A DNA stretch of 64,000 nt from Aeriscardovia sp. (GCA_017538895.1 JAFYHY010000108.1:18225-82224); one strand, 5' to 3'; shown: positions 39,935 through 49,826, counted from the stretch's first letter. Notes: generated by a model from the sequence alone, not told the origin. Numbers and translations: made by a program.

Positions 39935-42271
39935 TTATTGTGTAATACCCATCATCCAAAGACACCACGCATTTTCATAAGCCAGTTCTTTCCATTGACT
40001 GTAGCGTCCAGAGATTCCTCCATGTCCTGCAGAATCAGTCTCAATTTTGATAATAGCATCAGCACATACTTCTGGTTCTTGGAGACGAGCAACCCATTTG
40101 AGTGGTTCAACAGGAAGCACACGCGTATCATTCAGTGATGTTGTAATAAAGATGTTTGGCATCGCTGCAGTTCCAAAACGTTGTAAGCGTTCGTCAACAT
40201 TTTGAACATTTTCATACGGTGAATAAGACTTCATGTAATCGTATATTTTCGGATCATGAAGAGGATCACCCCATTCATCCCATTCAGTCACTGTTAAAGG
40301 TAAGGATGGATCCAAAATTGATGTTAATGCATCAACAAATGGTACATCTGCTTCAATACCGTGATACAACTGAGGAGCCATGTTGGTAATAGCACCCATT
40401 AAGAGTCCCCCAGCAGATCCTCCATTAGCAACTGTTCTTTGGGCGTCTGCTAAACCATGATCTTCAATCCATTGGGTACAGTCAATAAAATCAGTGAAGG
40501 TATTTTTCTTCAATAATTCTTTGCCTTGTTCATACCATTGGCGTCCCATTTCACCACCGCCGCGAACATGAGCAACAGCATATAGTACGCCTCTATTCAG
40601 CAGACTGAGTCGTCCAACAGAAAAACTTGGATCTAAAGATGATTCATAGGCTCCATATCCGGTAATGAAAAGTGGAGCTGGTGTTTTCAATGCATCTTTT
40701 TTCCATACCAATGAAATTGGAATTCTAATACCATCACGAGATTCAGCCCAAACTCGCTTTTCACAATAATCATCAGCGCTAAAATCTCCAAGCACAGTCG
40801 CTTTTTTCAAGACAACATCATGACCAGATTCAAGATGAATCTCATGTACTTCACTAGGAACTGTATAGGATGTATACGCATAACGAAGATAAGGAGCCTC
40901 ATATGAGGGACTGCCTAGTGAACCAATTGACCATAGGCGTGATTCATAATCATTCTCATTTAATTCCGTACCATGATCATATGGATCTAAATTAGCTTTA
41001 CCCTTCAGACCCTGTTGTGGAATAATTTCTTGGAATTCCCATGGCTCATTATTTTTGAAATTCTGTATAGCTTGATGTGTTGTAAGAGCTGCTAATCGTG
41101 GTAAACCATGGCGACGATATGATAACACAATATAATTGCGATAGAATTCAATTCCTTCAATCCGCTGACCTACACGTATATGTGGGTCGTCTAATAATGT
41201 GCTACCTCGAGCAATACATTTTCCATCACCAATATGATATGGCGGCTGTTGTTGACGAGCATCTATGATGTCAACTTCGAAATTAGGATTGTTATTATTA
41301 TGTATGATCACGATGAGAGGAATGTTTTCTAATTTACCTGTACTGTGATCTTCAAGATGTGCCAGGCTTACGTCGTAGTCTATCCCATCTTGCCGTGGGA
41401 TAACAGGTTGAAACATTCCCGTCGGGTCTGATACTGCAAGCCAGAGAACTTCGGTTGTTGTTTTAGAAGCGCTTGTAATGATAATTGATTTTTCATCGAA
41501 GCTCAGTCCAACACCGACAAAGAAGCGTTCATCGGGATCACTCCATACTTCAACATCATCTTCAACAGGTGTCCCGATACGATGACGCCACACCGACCAT
41601 GGTCGCCATGCCTGATCAACTTTTGTATAAAAAATCCATTGTGCATCTGGTGTGAGGCATCCACCAGAAGCAACCTGCGGGATGTAATCTGAGAGATCGG
41701 TGCCAGGCGCGCACTGATAGTGATTATTTGCGCCGATAACACGTAGATGAATGTCATATCGTTCATCTCCATGTGTATCAGTACTGTACATCAGTAGAGA
41801 ACCATCTTTGCTGATTTCTAATGCTCCGAGAGAAAAGAAATCATGTCCTTCTGATTCTTTGTTGGTATCAAAATACACTTGTTCACCAGGTTGAGAACCT
41901 GGTTGGTCTGATACATGAATAATTGGTGGATTCCAATCATTCTGATCTGTTACTGGGATACGACAATGAATACCATATTGTTGTCCTTCAACCGTACGTG
42001 TGAAATACCACCATCCATCCATACGAGTTGGCACTGATAGATCTGTTTGTTGCACATGATGAATAAATTCAGTAAAGAGTGTCTGACGTAATCCAGTTAG
42101 AGGTGCCATACGTCGTTCAGTGTAAGCATTCTCGTAAGAAATAAAATCCTGAGTTTCTTGAGAATGATTATCGCGAAGCCATTCATAATGGTCAATAAAT
42201 GTATCATTATGAAATGATCGTCGTGAATCATGGTGTGGTGCACGAGGAATGCTTATGTTGTTATTCATCAT
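39935..42271 (-). CDS. ptrB: S9A prolyl-oligopeptidase-family protease (oligopeptidase B-like)
   Basis: Beta-propeller N-terminal domain, catalytic GGSAGGLLMG (Ser), and C-terminal DSAGHGG (His). Confidence 0.85.
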   Translation of the reverse strand: MMNNNISIPRAPHHDSRRSFHNDTFIDHYEWLRDNHSQETQDFISYENAYTERRMAPLTGLRQTLFTEFIHHVQQTDLSVPTRMDGWWYFTRTVEGQQYGIHCRIPVTDQNDWNPPIIHVSDQPGSQPGEQVYFDTNKESEGHDFFSLGALEISKDGSLLMYSTDTHGDERYDIHLRVIGANNHYQCAPGTDLSDYIPQVASGGCLTPDAQWIFYTKVDQAWRPWSVWRHRIGTPVEDDVEVWSDPDERFFVGVGLSFDEKSIIITSASKTTTEVLWLAVSDPTGMFQPVIPRQDGIDYDVSLAHLEDHSTGKLENIPLIVIIHNNNNPNFEVDIIDARQQQPPYHIGDGKCIARGSTLLDDPHIRVGQRIEGIEFYRNYIVLSYRRHGLPRLAALTTHQAIQNFKNNEPWEFQEIIPQQGLKGKANLDPYDHGTELNENDYESRLWSIGSLGSPSYEAPYLRYAYTSYTVPSEVHEIHLESGHDVVLKKATVLGDFSADDYCEKRVWAESRDGIRIPISLVWKKDALKTPAPLFITGYGAYESSLDPSFSVGRLSLLNRGVLYAVAHVRGGGEMGRQWYEQGKELLKKNTFTDFIDCTQWIEDHGLADAQRTVANGGSAGGLLMGAITNMAPQLYHGIEADVPFVDALTSILDPSLPLTVTEWDEWGDPLHDPKIYDYMKSYSPYENVQNVDERLQRFGTAAMPNIFITTSLNDTRVLPVEPLKWVARLQEPEVCADAIIKIETDSAGHGGISGRYSQWKELAYENAWCLWMMGITQ

Positions 42272-43493
42272 GGTGGTGGATTGAGCCTTTCTTCTGTTTC
42301 AACGTCTGCTTGTGCAGTTCACGCAGTTTTTGATGATCTCTTAATTCTTGAATATATGGAATCATTGTTCTACGTAAATTATCACCACTGTGACCATAAA
42401 AAACAGGTACTTTTACGTCAGGCATAGCGTGAAGTGACATATGAAATTTCATTGATTCGATAGGTTGTAATTGGCGAATACCAATTGCGAGAACGCGTCC
42501 TGGGTGATCATTCGCGATTTTTGCATAGGTTTGCGGATCGTGTTGACCGTTATCTCCAATGAGGATGAACTTTATTTCTGGGAAATCATCCATGAGTTGC
42601 TCACAGAATTCTAATTTATGCTCCACACCAGAAGGGATAAAAGTTTTTGGTCGTGGATCAAAATCTCGTAACAGTAAAGGCCCCTGCGGTAATCCATGTA
42701 CAGAGATAAACTGACGCAACATTGGTTCAATATTCCATGGTGAAGTAGAAAGATAAAAGAATGGTGCTCCGCCAAGGACATCTTGTAGCTGACGGTAGAA
42801 GGAAGACATGCCGTGGACAGCTTCTCGTTTTTTAGGATCAGTAAAGAGCATATTTCTCAGTGCTGCTACTGGGTCAGGTACATTAGTAACAAGCACAGTA
42901 TCGTCTAAGTCCGAGATGACTGCAACCTTTTCATTATCTCCGACTGTATAAAGAGGCGCATGAATTGATCGTCGGCCTTGTACCGTGTAAGTTACATCAT
43001 GAATCCCTGGTGATAATTTCCCTTCAGTAATGAGATCTAAGTATCCTCGCTCATCGGAGATAGCTCGAGAAGCTACTTGATTACGTGTAGGATCTGGAGA
43101 GTCTGCTGCAGAGCTAGACCCGATTTGTACTGTTTGTAATGGTGTACCATCGATACTGATGTTAACGGGAACATGGGAGGCAGGAACCATTAAAGCAGCG
43201 CGAATTCCTCTAACAATAGGAGCTTTAGGAGTCTGAGAATCAGAAGCACGTACCGTACGGCAAATAAGACGAGAGTATCGTTCTGTTCCATATCCAATAT
43301 AAGGATCCACACGTGGTTTCCAGTTCAAAGCTCTTGTAACATCAGTTGAGATATCAACCCATGTTTGGAATCCTGATGTCACAAGAGTTCGTCCCCATCG
43401 AATATAAAATGGTTTTGCTTCAGGACGTTCACTTATAGCAGGTTGATCGACAAGAGTTGAGGACCGCTTAAATGTTAAACGTCTAGATTCCAT
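42261..43493 (-). CDS. App1-family (DUF2183) phosphatase-like protein
   Basis: DxDxT motif ISDLDDTVL and LIGDNGQHDP. Its stop overlaps the ptrB start by 11 nt. Confidence 0.65.
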   Translation of the reverse strand: MESRRLTFKRSSTLVDQPAISERPEAKPFYIRWGRTLVTSGFQTWVDISTDVTRALNWKPRVDPYIGYGTERYSRLICRTVRASDSQTPKAPIVRGIRAALMVPASHVPVNISIDGTPLQTVQIGSSSAADSPDPTRNQVASRAISDERGYLDLITEGKLSPGIHDVTYTVQGRRSIHAPLYTVGDNEKVAVISDLDDTVLVTNVPDPVAALRNMLFTDPKKREAVHGMSSFYRQLQDVLGGAPFFYLSTSPWNIEPMLRQFISVHGLPQGPLLLRDFDPRPKTFIPSGVEHKLEFCEQLMDDFPEIKFILIGDNGQHDPQTYAKIANDHPGRVLAIGIRQLQPIESMKFHMSLHAMPDVKVPVFYGHSGDNLRRTMIPYIQELRDHQKLRELHKQTLKQKKGSIHHHDE

Positions 43494-43530
43494 TACTTTC
43501 CTCGCTATTTTCTACCTATCATAATCACGA

Positions 43531-43914
43531 TTATTTAGTGATTAATGCTTCATAGTCTTTTGCTGATAATAGTTGTTCATCAGCAAGAACATTGTCTTCT
43601 ATTTCGATAGCTACTAACCAACCATCTTGGTATGGGCTCGCATTTAAAAGATCAGCATCATCAAGTAAATTGGAGTTAATCTCTTTAATTGTTCCGTTCA
43701 CTGGGCTAATTACTGGTTGTACTGATTTAGCACATTCTAATTCACAGAATTGTTCTCCACAGTGAACAGAATCACCAACTTGTGGCAAGTCAACAAAAAT
43801 GACTTCTCCCATTTGTTGAATAGCATAATCAGTGATTCCAACTTTTACAATCGACGTATTCGTATCAATCCAGACATGGTGTGATGAATACTTTTTTGTT
43901 TCAGGGACAGACAT
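43531..43914 (-). CDS. gcvH: Glycine-cleavage-system H-like lipoyl carrier protein
   Basis: HVWI......VGITDYA...G.I.FV.LP, with the lipoyl-Lys context ELECAKSV. I chose the ATG at 43914, which has AAGGAAA 8 nt upstream. Confidence 0.85.
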   Translation of the reverse strand: MSVPETKKYSSHHVWIDTNTSIVKVGITDYAIQQMGEVIFVDLPQVGDSVHCGEQFCELECAKSVQPVISPVNGTIKEINSNLLDDADLLNASPYQDGWLVAIEIEDNVLADEQLLSAKDYEALITK

Positions 43915-43952
43915 TATTACCATTTCCTTTGCGTTAATTAATATATTTTATT

Positions 43953-44954
43953 TTATTGAAGCGGAACACCATACCATTGAGAAATCTGTGCAGCAGCTAT
44001 TGAAGCACGTGATGGTAAGCGAATTTTTTCTGCTGAGAGATCGGCAATAAATTCATCTTTTGTATACCATTTAGCCCATTCTACTTCTGTCTGATCAACA
44101 TGAATATCAGTTGTTTGCGCATGTGCGATGAAGGCGGCCATCAATGATCCTGGAAATGGCCAAGGCTGTGATCCTTGGTATTTTACAGAACTAATATGTA
44201 TTCCGGTTTCTTCGTATGCTTCACGACGGACTGCGTGTTCTAGGCTTTCTCCAGCTTCAACAAATCCAGCGCATACGGAAATTCGTGCTGGGTCATCCGA
44301 CCATTCTACTTTATGTTGTAATAATAAACGATCGTTTCGGTCAATTATTGCTGTGATAATAGCTGGTGCGATCTGTGGATAATGCGTTGTTTTGCACTGT
44401 GGGCAATACTGTTCCCAACCTCCAGCAGTCATTTCTGTTTTTGTACTGCAAGCTGGACAAAAACGATGATGCATATGCCATTGAACCAGGCTCACAGCAA
44501 CGACAGCTAATCCTGATTCTAATGATGTTGCATGTGATGAAAACTGGTCGACAGTAATCCAATCATAACGATGATGTAAGGCAACCATAATATTTGAATT
44601 GTCATGAATCCATAAAACACAATACGTTATGCCTTCATAGTTTCCTAAAAACAATATATCATGTGATACTTTTTCTTTGAGAAGATGAATATAGTCAGCT
44701 GGAAGTTCTATAGCGCGAATAAGTTCGTGTGAAAGCTGTGCTTTGAGAGCTGAGTGTTGCGGAACAGCAATATGATCATTATCAACTAATAGGTATCGTG
44801 TTGATGATGTTTCATTCGCTGATTTTATGAGATTTTCTTCTGCTCGCTTTGCTGTTTGTAGATCGAATCGTAATCGGGCTAATGGTAATTCTGGTAGTGG
44901 TTGTTCTAAAGATAGTGGTGTAAAAATATGGGACCAATCTTCACTATTATTCAT
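43953..44954 (-). CDS. nudC: NAD+ diphosphatase (Nudix with zinc ribbon)
   Basis: Zn ribbon CPACS...CPQC and Nudix box GFVEAGESLEHAVRREAYEETGI. Its ATG shares one nt with the upstream TAA stop. Confidence 0.85.
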   Translation of the reverse strand: MNNSEDWSHIFTPLSLEQPLPELPLARLRFDLQTAKRAEENLIKSANETSSTRYLLVDNDHIAVPQHSALKAQLSHELIRAIELPADYIHLLKEKVSHDILFLGNYEGITYCVLWIHDNSNIMVALHHRYDWITVDQFSSHATSLESGLAVVAVSLVQWHMHHRFCPACSTKTEMTAGGWEQYCPQCKTTHYPQIAPAIITAIIDRNDRLLLQHKVEWSDDPARISVCAGFVEAGESLEHAVRREAYEETGIHISSVKYQGSQPWPFPGSLMAAFIAHAQTTDIHVDQTEVEWAKWYTKDEFIADLSAEKIRLPSRASIAAAQISQWYGVPLQ

Positions 44955-45865
44955 TAATTTTCCTTGCTGACACGCTGATATAAATTGTTAAGTGCAATAG
45001 CACATTCTAAAGGACGTTCCATAACAGTGAAATGTCCTGTGTGTGGAAGATGGAGGAAGATAGAACTACGAATCCGTGCAGCTAATGGGCGCATAGTTGT
45101 AGGATTTGAACTTGGATCTTCATCTCCAGAGACAAGTAAAACAGGTACTGTTAAAGAATCAAATGCTGCATATAAATCAGGTCGTCCTGCCGCCATACGT
45201 TCACGCCATGCAATTCCTTGTGGTGATTGTTCGGTTAACCACTGTTCTGCTTGCTGAACTAATAGTTGAGAGTCATTTGATTGTGATGGGAACGAATCTG
45301 AGTAGTCAAAGCATTGACCTGCTTGAAGCGTATGGCTTTCTAATTGGGTGGCAATTTCTAAACGATGCTGGCATTGATCTGTCTGATCTCTATCAGCGTT
45401 ACTATCAAATAATCCCATACCGTTTACTGCATCTGGGAATAATCTTTGTATATCAAGAATGACATAACCTCCCATTGATATTCCTACCCATAATGCTTTT
45501 GTATACCCTAAACTATATAAAGCATGAACAAAAGCAGAAGCAATGTGATCTAATCCGTTTGGATAGGTTCCTCGATCGTCGGTTGACATGGATACTATTG
45601 GAAGTGTTGTCTTTCCTGCTCCAGGCATTTCAAACGCATAAATAGGTATTTGAGACAGATATTCATCCTTACTGTTCTGTTCACGTATTTCTTGCACACA
45701 GCAATCCCACATACGAGCATCGAATGGAAACGCATGTACTAAGACGAGTGGAATCATATTGGTATCAGTATCATGATTCACTTGATAGGATCGAATTCCC
45801 ACATGCATATCGTCAAAAATAGCATCAGAGGTCTGAGCTGACTGTATTTCCCTTAAAGCTGACAT
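44954..45865 (-). CDS. Alpha/beta-fold hydrolase
   Basis: Nucleophile elbow GISMGG, a C-terminal His (HTGHF), and HAFPFD near the N-terminus. The start is probably MSALREIQ at 45865; the ORF extends to 45979. Confidence 0.7.
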   Translation of the reverse strand: MSALREIQSAQTSDAIFDDMHVGIRSYQVNHDTDTNMIPLVLVHAFPFDARMWDCCVQEIREQNSKDEYLSQIPIYAFEMPGAGKTTLPIVSMSTDDRGTYPNGLDHIASAFVHALYSLGYTKALWVGISMGGYVILDIQRLFPDAVNGMGLFDSNADRDQTDQCQHRLEIATQLESHTLQAGQCFDYSDSFPSQSNDSQLLVQQAEQWLTEQSPQGIAWRERMAAGRPDLYAAFDSLTVPVLLVSGDEDPSSNPTTMRPLAARIRSSIFLHLPHTGHFTVMERPLECAIALNNLYQRVSKEN

Positions 45866-45963
45866 ACTTCTAATTATGCCAAGAGTATCACATGCTTCTT
45901 TTAGTTTATTTTTTCTAATCAATGAGGCACAATAAAAGAAACACATATAGCTAAGGAGCTCTA

Positions 45964-46281
45964 ATGGCAACTCAAGCAATTACTTCTGATAATTTTGAAA
46001 CAGTTCTTAAGAACAATCATATTGTTCTTATTGATTTCTGGGCAACATGGTGCCCTCCATGCCGTGCTTTCGGACCAATTTTCGAGAAGTCTTCTGAACA
46101 GCATACAGATATGGTCTTTGGCAAAGTTGATATTGATCAAAGCCGTGATCTTGCTGTTAGTTTGCAAATCCAAGCTGTTCCAACATTAATGATTGTCAAG
46201 GATGGCGTTGTTGTCTATAAGCAAGCAGGTGCCTTACGTCCTTCTGATCTTGAAGATTTGATCGCCAAAGTCTCTGCCTGA
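45964..46281 (+). CDS. trxA: Thioredoxin with a WCPPC active site
   Basis: 105 aa, LIDFWATWCPPCRAF.P....VDID......IQAVPTL thioredoxin fold pattern. Confidence 0.88.
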   Translation: MATQAITSDNFETVLKNNHIVLIDFWATWCPPCRAFGPIFEKSSEQHTDMVFGKVDIDQSRDLAVSLQIQAVPTLMIVKDGVVVYKQAGALRPSDLEDLIAKVSA

Positions 46282-46286
46282 TTTTT

Positions 46287-46322
46287 ATACTGAGCGAAAT
46301 ATCTGATTCTTTCGCTCAGTAT
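46287..46322 (+). terminator. Terminator hairpin after trxA
   Basis: 13-bp perfect stem atactgagcgaaa / tttcgctcagtat. Confidence 0.7.
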
Positions 46323-46438
46323 TTATACCCTGCTTAATACAGTAAATTCCCATAGATTAATTTGATCCTTCTTTATTACTATTCTTACAATATAGTGGAG
46401 TTATATCTGCAGAATACCTTTAGCAGGTGAAGGGAATT

Positions 46439-47542
46439 ATGGCTACTCATCGTAAACAAAGAGCAAACTTTTTTAAACGTTTAACACGAAAACAAGCTAT
46501 TGGTGTTATTGCTGTAATTACAGCATTTGCTCTTTTAATTATCGGTGGTATTGCTAGTTCACATATGCATATGTATGCTGCAGCTACCTCATCAGAAGAA
46601 ACAGTAACCTCATATTCTGCTTCTGAAGAAGATCTTGCACAGATTACGGCTGCTGATGCAAAAGCAGCTCTTGCAGAAGGCCGTAATGGTGTTACACAAG
46701 GCACAAGTTATACAAAAGTTATTATTGATGGTCATGCTCGTTTTGTGTTTGGAACACACTTTACAGATGTTCAATCTGTTCTAGAACAAGGCAACATTAC
46801 TCTAGAACCTGATGATACAATCACACCATCATTAACAACTAAAGTCACTGAAGCAACAATTATTACTATTACTAGTGCTGGCACTACAGTCCAGACCGTT
46901 GATATGCCAATTAATTACAACGTTATTAAAAAGTCTGACCCTTCATTACCAGTTGGTACTACTAAAGTACAAACACAAGGTCAAAAAGGCATTATGCAAA
47001 CGACTAATCTTGTTCGCAAAGTTGGTAATAAAGAAGTATCTACAAATACACTTGCTTCATGGGTGAAAAAAGTTCCTGTTAATGAGGTTATTCTCGTTGG
47101 TACAAAGGAACCTCAAGCTACATCTACTGCAAATACTTCATCTAATAGCTCTTCTAATAATTCTTCTTCAAGTAGCTCTTCTTCTAATAGTTCACAGAGT
47201 TCCTCATCAAGCTCTTCTAATGCTGATACCAACATTGGTACAACAGAGGCAGTCGGTACGCCTCAGACCATTGCTCAACAAATGGTTGCAGCGCGAGGCT
47301 GGAGTGCTTCACAGTTCACTTGCCTTGTTGAGTTGTGGCAGAAGGAATCTGGTTGGAGTGTTACCGCTGAGAATCCATCTGGAGCTTATGGAATTCCACA
47401 AGCTCTTCCAGGTAGTAAGATGGGACCTGGTTGGCAAAGTAGTGCAACAGTCCAAATCACGTGGGGTCTAGGATATATTGCTGGTCGATACGGAACGCCA
47501 TGTAATGCATGGGCTCATGAAGTTTCTGACGGTTGGTATTAA
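46439..47542 (+). CDS. Secreted or anchored G5-domain protein with a C-terminal lysozyme-like (Apf/SLT-type) domain
   Basis: N-terminal TM or signal helix, G5-like segment (PVGTTKVQTQGQKGI...V.G), poly-Ser/Asn linker, and C-terminal WQKESGW...SGAYGIPQALPG...GRYGTPC.AW......WY. Confidence 0.7.
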   Translation: MATHRKQRANFFKRLTRKQAIGVIAVITAFALLIIGGIASSHMHMYAAATSSEETVTSYSASEEDLAQITAADAKAALAEGRNGVTQGTSYTKVIIDGHARFVFGTHFTDVQSVLEQGNITLEPDDTITPSLTTKVTEATIITITSAGTTVQTVDMPINYNVIKKSDPSLPVGTTKVQTQGQKGIMQTTNLVRKVGNKEVSTNTLASWVKKVPVNEVILVGTKEPQATSTANTSSNSSSNNSSSSSSSSNSSQSSSSSSSNADTNIGTTEAVGTPQTIAQQMVAARGWSASQFTCLVELWQKESGWSVTAENPSGAYGIPQALPGSKMGPGWQSSATVQITWGLGYIAGRYGTPCNAWAHEVSDGWY

Positions 47543-47635
47543 ATTATTGTCACTTCTATCTGACACTTTTAATTATCATTTGGTACTATTAGTGAACATT
47601 TTTATTCTGCATACACAGGAGAGGTTCTATACCCT

Positions 47636-47968
47636 ATGGGCTTAGTTCATAAAGTGGCACATGTAATTACTCATCTTTTAGAAGTGTTAGGCATGCCTAA
47701 AAATGAAAAAATTGAGGGATGGATTGCCATCGGTATCGGAGTCTTCTCTTTCCTATTGCATGTTATTCTTTTATCGTTTGCGATAAAACATCATCATGAC
47801 CTATTGGCTATATGGTGCATTGCAAAGATTATGATTTCGCTTCTCTTGCTGCTCGCTGGAGATAAATTAGAGAAGAAAGCTCAAACTTCATTAACTGATG
47901 AAAACCTAGCTTCATCAGAAACATTACTTGACACAATAAAAGAGGGTACTGTTCATTACGATGATTAA
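47636..47968 (+). CDS. Small hypothetical membrane protein (2-3 TM helices)
   Basis: 110-aa ORF with an AGGAGAGG RBS 12 nt upstream and hydrophobic helices. I recognise no motif in it. Confidence 0.5.
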   Translation: MGLVHKVAHVITHLLEVLGMPKNEKIEGWIAIGIGVFSFLLHVILLSFAIKHHHDLLAIWCIAKIMISLLLLLAGDKLEKKAQTSLTDENLASSETLLDTIKEGTVHYDD

Positions 47969-47989
47969 TTTCATAATGAACAGTACCCT
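47943..47989. terminator. Hairpin spanning the stop of the small membrane protein gene at a convergent junction
   Basis: 16-bp perfect stem agggtactgttcatta / taatgaacagtaccct. Confidence 0.6.
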
Positions 47990-48023
47990 TATCTTCTTTA
48001 TAGGATGAAGATATCTCTATAAA

Positions 48024-49628
48024 TTACTTCTCATCTTTCTTTGTTTGAGTAGAGCTGTTGCTCTGGGAAGAATTGTTCGTTGTCTTATCAGTCGATGACT
48101 GGTTTGAACTATTCTGCTTTATTGTGCTCTGTGATGTTGACTTTCCACTATTAGTATCTGTTGTATTTGAGTTGCTATTACTATTAGTGGAATTTTGTTG
48201 TTGTGCTTGTTCAGCAGCTTGAGCTGCAGCAGCTTGTTGTTCTTCTAACTGTTGAGCAGAAACTTTAACAGATACAATCATTTGTTGCAAAGTGGTTTGT
48301 GATGATGTTATTTGCTCTAGAGTTGCTGAAGAATTATTAGCCACTGATTGAGCTTCGCTAATAGCTTGTTGCAACGCTTGGATCGTTGAACTATTAGCCA
48401 CTTTTCCAGTATCGCTACTGAGTACTTGATTGGCTGTACTAATCTCTGCAGTGAGCTTGTTACGAGCAACACTTAAGGATTTTGCTTGTTGTGAGGATTG
48501 TACAGATGATGCTTCGGATTGGATCTTAGCAGCCAAATTATTCATTTGGGTAACATCATTATTCATGGTAGTTGCATTAGAGTGCAATGTTTCTGCTGAT
48601 TCACTTGCTGGGCAGGTTAATACCATTGAGATTGGTATATTAATAGATTTTTGTAGTGATGCTAATAATGATGTATCAAGAACATCAACTGAAGATAAGG
48701 ATGCTGCTGATTGTGCATTCTTAATAGCATTCTCAACATTATTGTTTGCTGTCGTTAATGCTGTTGCAGCGCTTTGGCAACTTTTTAACGCAGCTGTCTT
48801 TGATTTCTTAGACCAAATGTTCCACCCAAAATAACCTAATCCAACAATAATTAAAACGATGAGTACCCATATCCACCATTTTTTATGGGATTTTTTCGCT
48901 TGTGGAGTTGGTATGTTAGAGGAATCAATTGGAGTAATACCAGCTACTGTTGGTAATGCTGTTGATTCTGATAGAACTGCTGGAGTATTATTTTCTATTA
49001 GAGGATGTTGTAATTGTGTTGATTCAGCATCCTGAAGGTTATATGGTTCTACTGCAGAATTTTCAAAGTCATAGCCTTGTTCTGGTAAATAATCGTTATA
49101 AGGCATGGTATATGAAGCGTCATCAGCTGGCATGATATCGTCAGCATAGTCATATAAATCGTCAGAATAGGTGTCACCATATTCTGGATACATGACGTAC
49201 TCGCCTGTGTCTTCACTATCATATTGACCGGTGGTAAATGGGTGGCCGAAATACATTGTTTCTGCACCATCATCATTCTCGTTACTATTTTTCTCAGCGT
49301 CGAAAGACTTAATGTCGTCATCACTGAGTGGACGCATATATGCCGTTTCTGCTGCCGATGTTTCAGAATCATGTACAGGAGACTGATTATCTGTTAGCTG
49401 CATGACATGTGTTGCGAGTGGATCGCTATTACTATTCCGAGTGATAGGTGCTTCTACCATGGTTTCTGCTGCAGTATCATGGTTTTCATCATCCATGTGA
49501 AAAACAGTTGTCTTAGGTTCATCTGTGAGAGGTTTATTAAGATTCTCGTTGGCAACTAGTTTAAGCAACTGAGTTTCTTCACCAAGATTTCTTGTGTCTT
49601 GGTTCGTACTATTTTTTTCAACGTCCAT
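48024..49628 (-). CDS. Single-pass membrane protein with an acidic Tyr/Asp-rich N-terminal region, helical Ala/Gln/Ser-rich ectodomain and Ser/Asn/Thr-rich tail
   Basis: TM helix WWIWVLIVLIIVGLGYFGWNIW at about residues 245-266. Low-complexity sequence flanks it. I chose the ATG at 49628 after a GGGAGA RBS. Confidence 0.6.
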   Translation of the reverse strand: MDVEKNSTNQDTRNLGEETQLLKLVANENLNKPLTDEPKTTVFHMDDENHDTAAETMVEAPITRNSNSDPLATHVMQLTDNQSPVHDSETSAAETAYMRPLSDDDIKSFDAEKNSNENDDGAETMYFGHPFTTGQYDSEDTGEYVMYPEYGDTYSDDLYDYADDIMPADDASYTMPYNDYLPEQGYDFENSAVEPYNLQDAESTQLQHPLIENNTPAVLSESTALPTVAGITPIDSSNIPTPQAKKSHKKWWIWVLIVLIIVGLGYFGWNIWSKKSKTAALKSCQSAATALTTANNNVENAIKNAQSAASLSSVDVLDTSLLASLQKSINIPISMVLTCPASESAETLHSNATTMNNDVTQMNNLAAKIQSEASSVQSSQQAKSLSVARNKLTAEISTANQVLSSDTGKVANSSTIQALQQAISEAQSVANNSSATLEQITSSQTTLQQMIVSVKVSAQQLEEQQAAAAQAAEQAQQQNSTNSNSNSNTTDTNSGKSTSQSTIKQNSSNQSSTDKTTNNSSQSNSSTQTKKDEK

Positions 49629-49793
49629 CCGCAAAGTTCTCCCTTCGGACGTTTTATCTCTTACAAAACGTCTTTACGTCTCTTTCTGAAATAGTATATG
49701 TAAATTTTATGCCTATTCTTAGGGTAGACTGACGGCTCGCTTTTAGGGTGTAAAAAAACAACCTTTTTTATTTTTTACTCAAACGCTAAACAA

Positions 49794-49826
49794 ATAAAAA
49801 AATCGGCAGCTAAAAAGCTGCCGATT
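49794..49826 (-). terminator. Rho-independent terminator after tRNA-Lys
   Basis: 10-bp perfect stem aatcggcagc / gctgccgatt, followed in minus sense by TTTTTTTAT. Confidence 0.8.

Noticed and set aside
46323-46438. ydaO / c-di-AMP riboswitch upstream of the G5 cell-wall hydrolase-like gene
   Set aside because: Such riboswitches precede rpf-type genes in other Actinobacteria. Here the roughly 115-nt AT-rich leader is too short and lacks the conserved GC-rich pseudoknot segments. The C-terminal domain is also not an Rpf domain.
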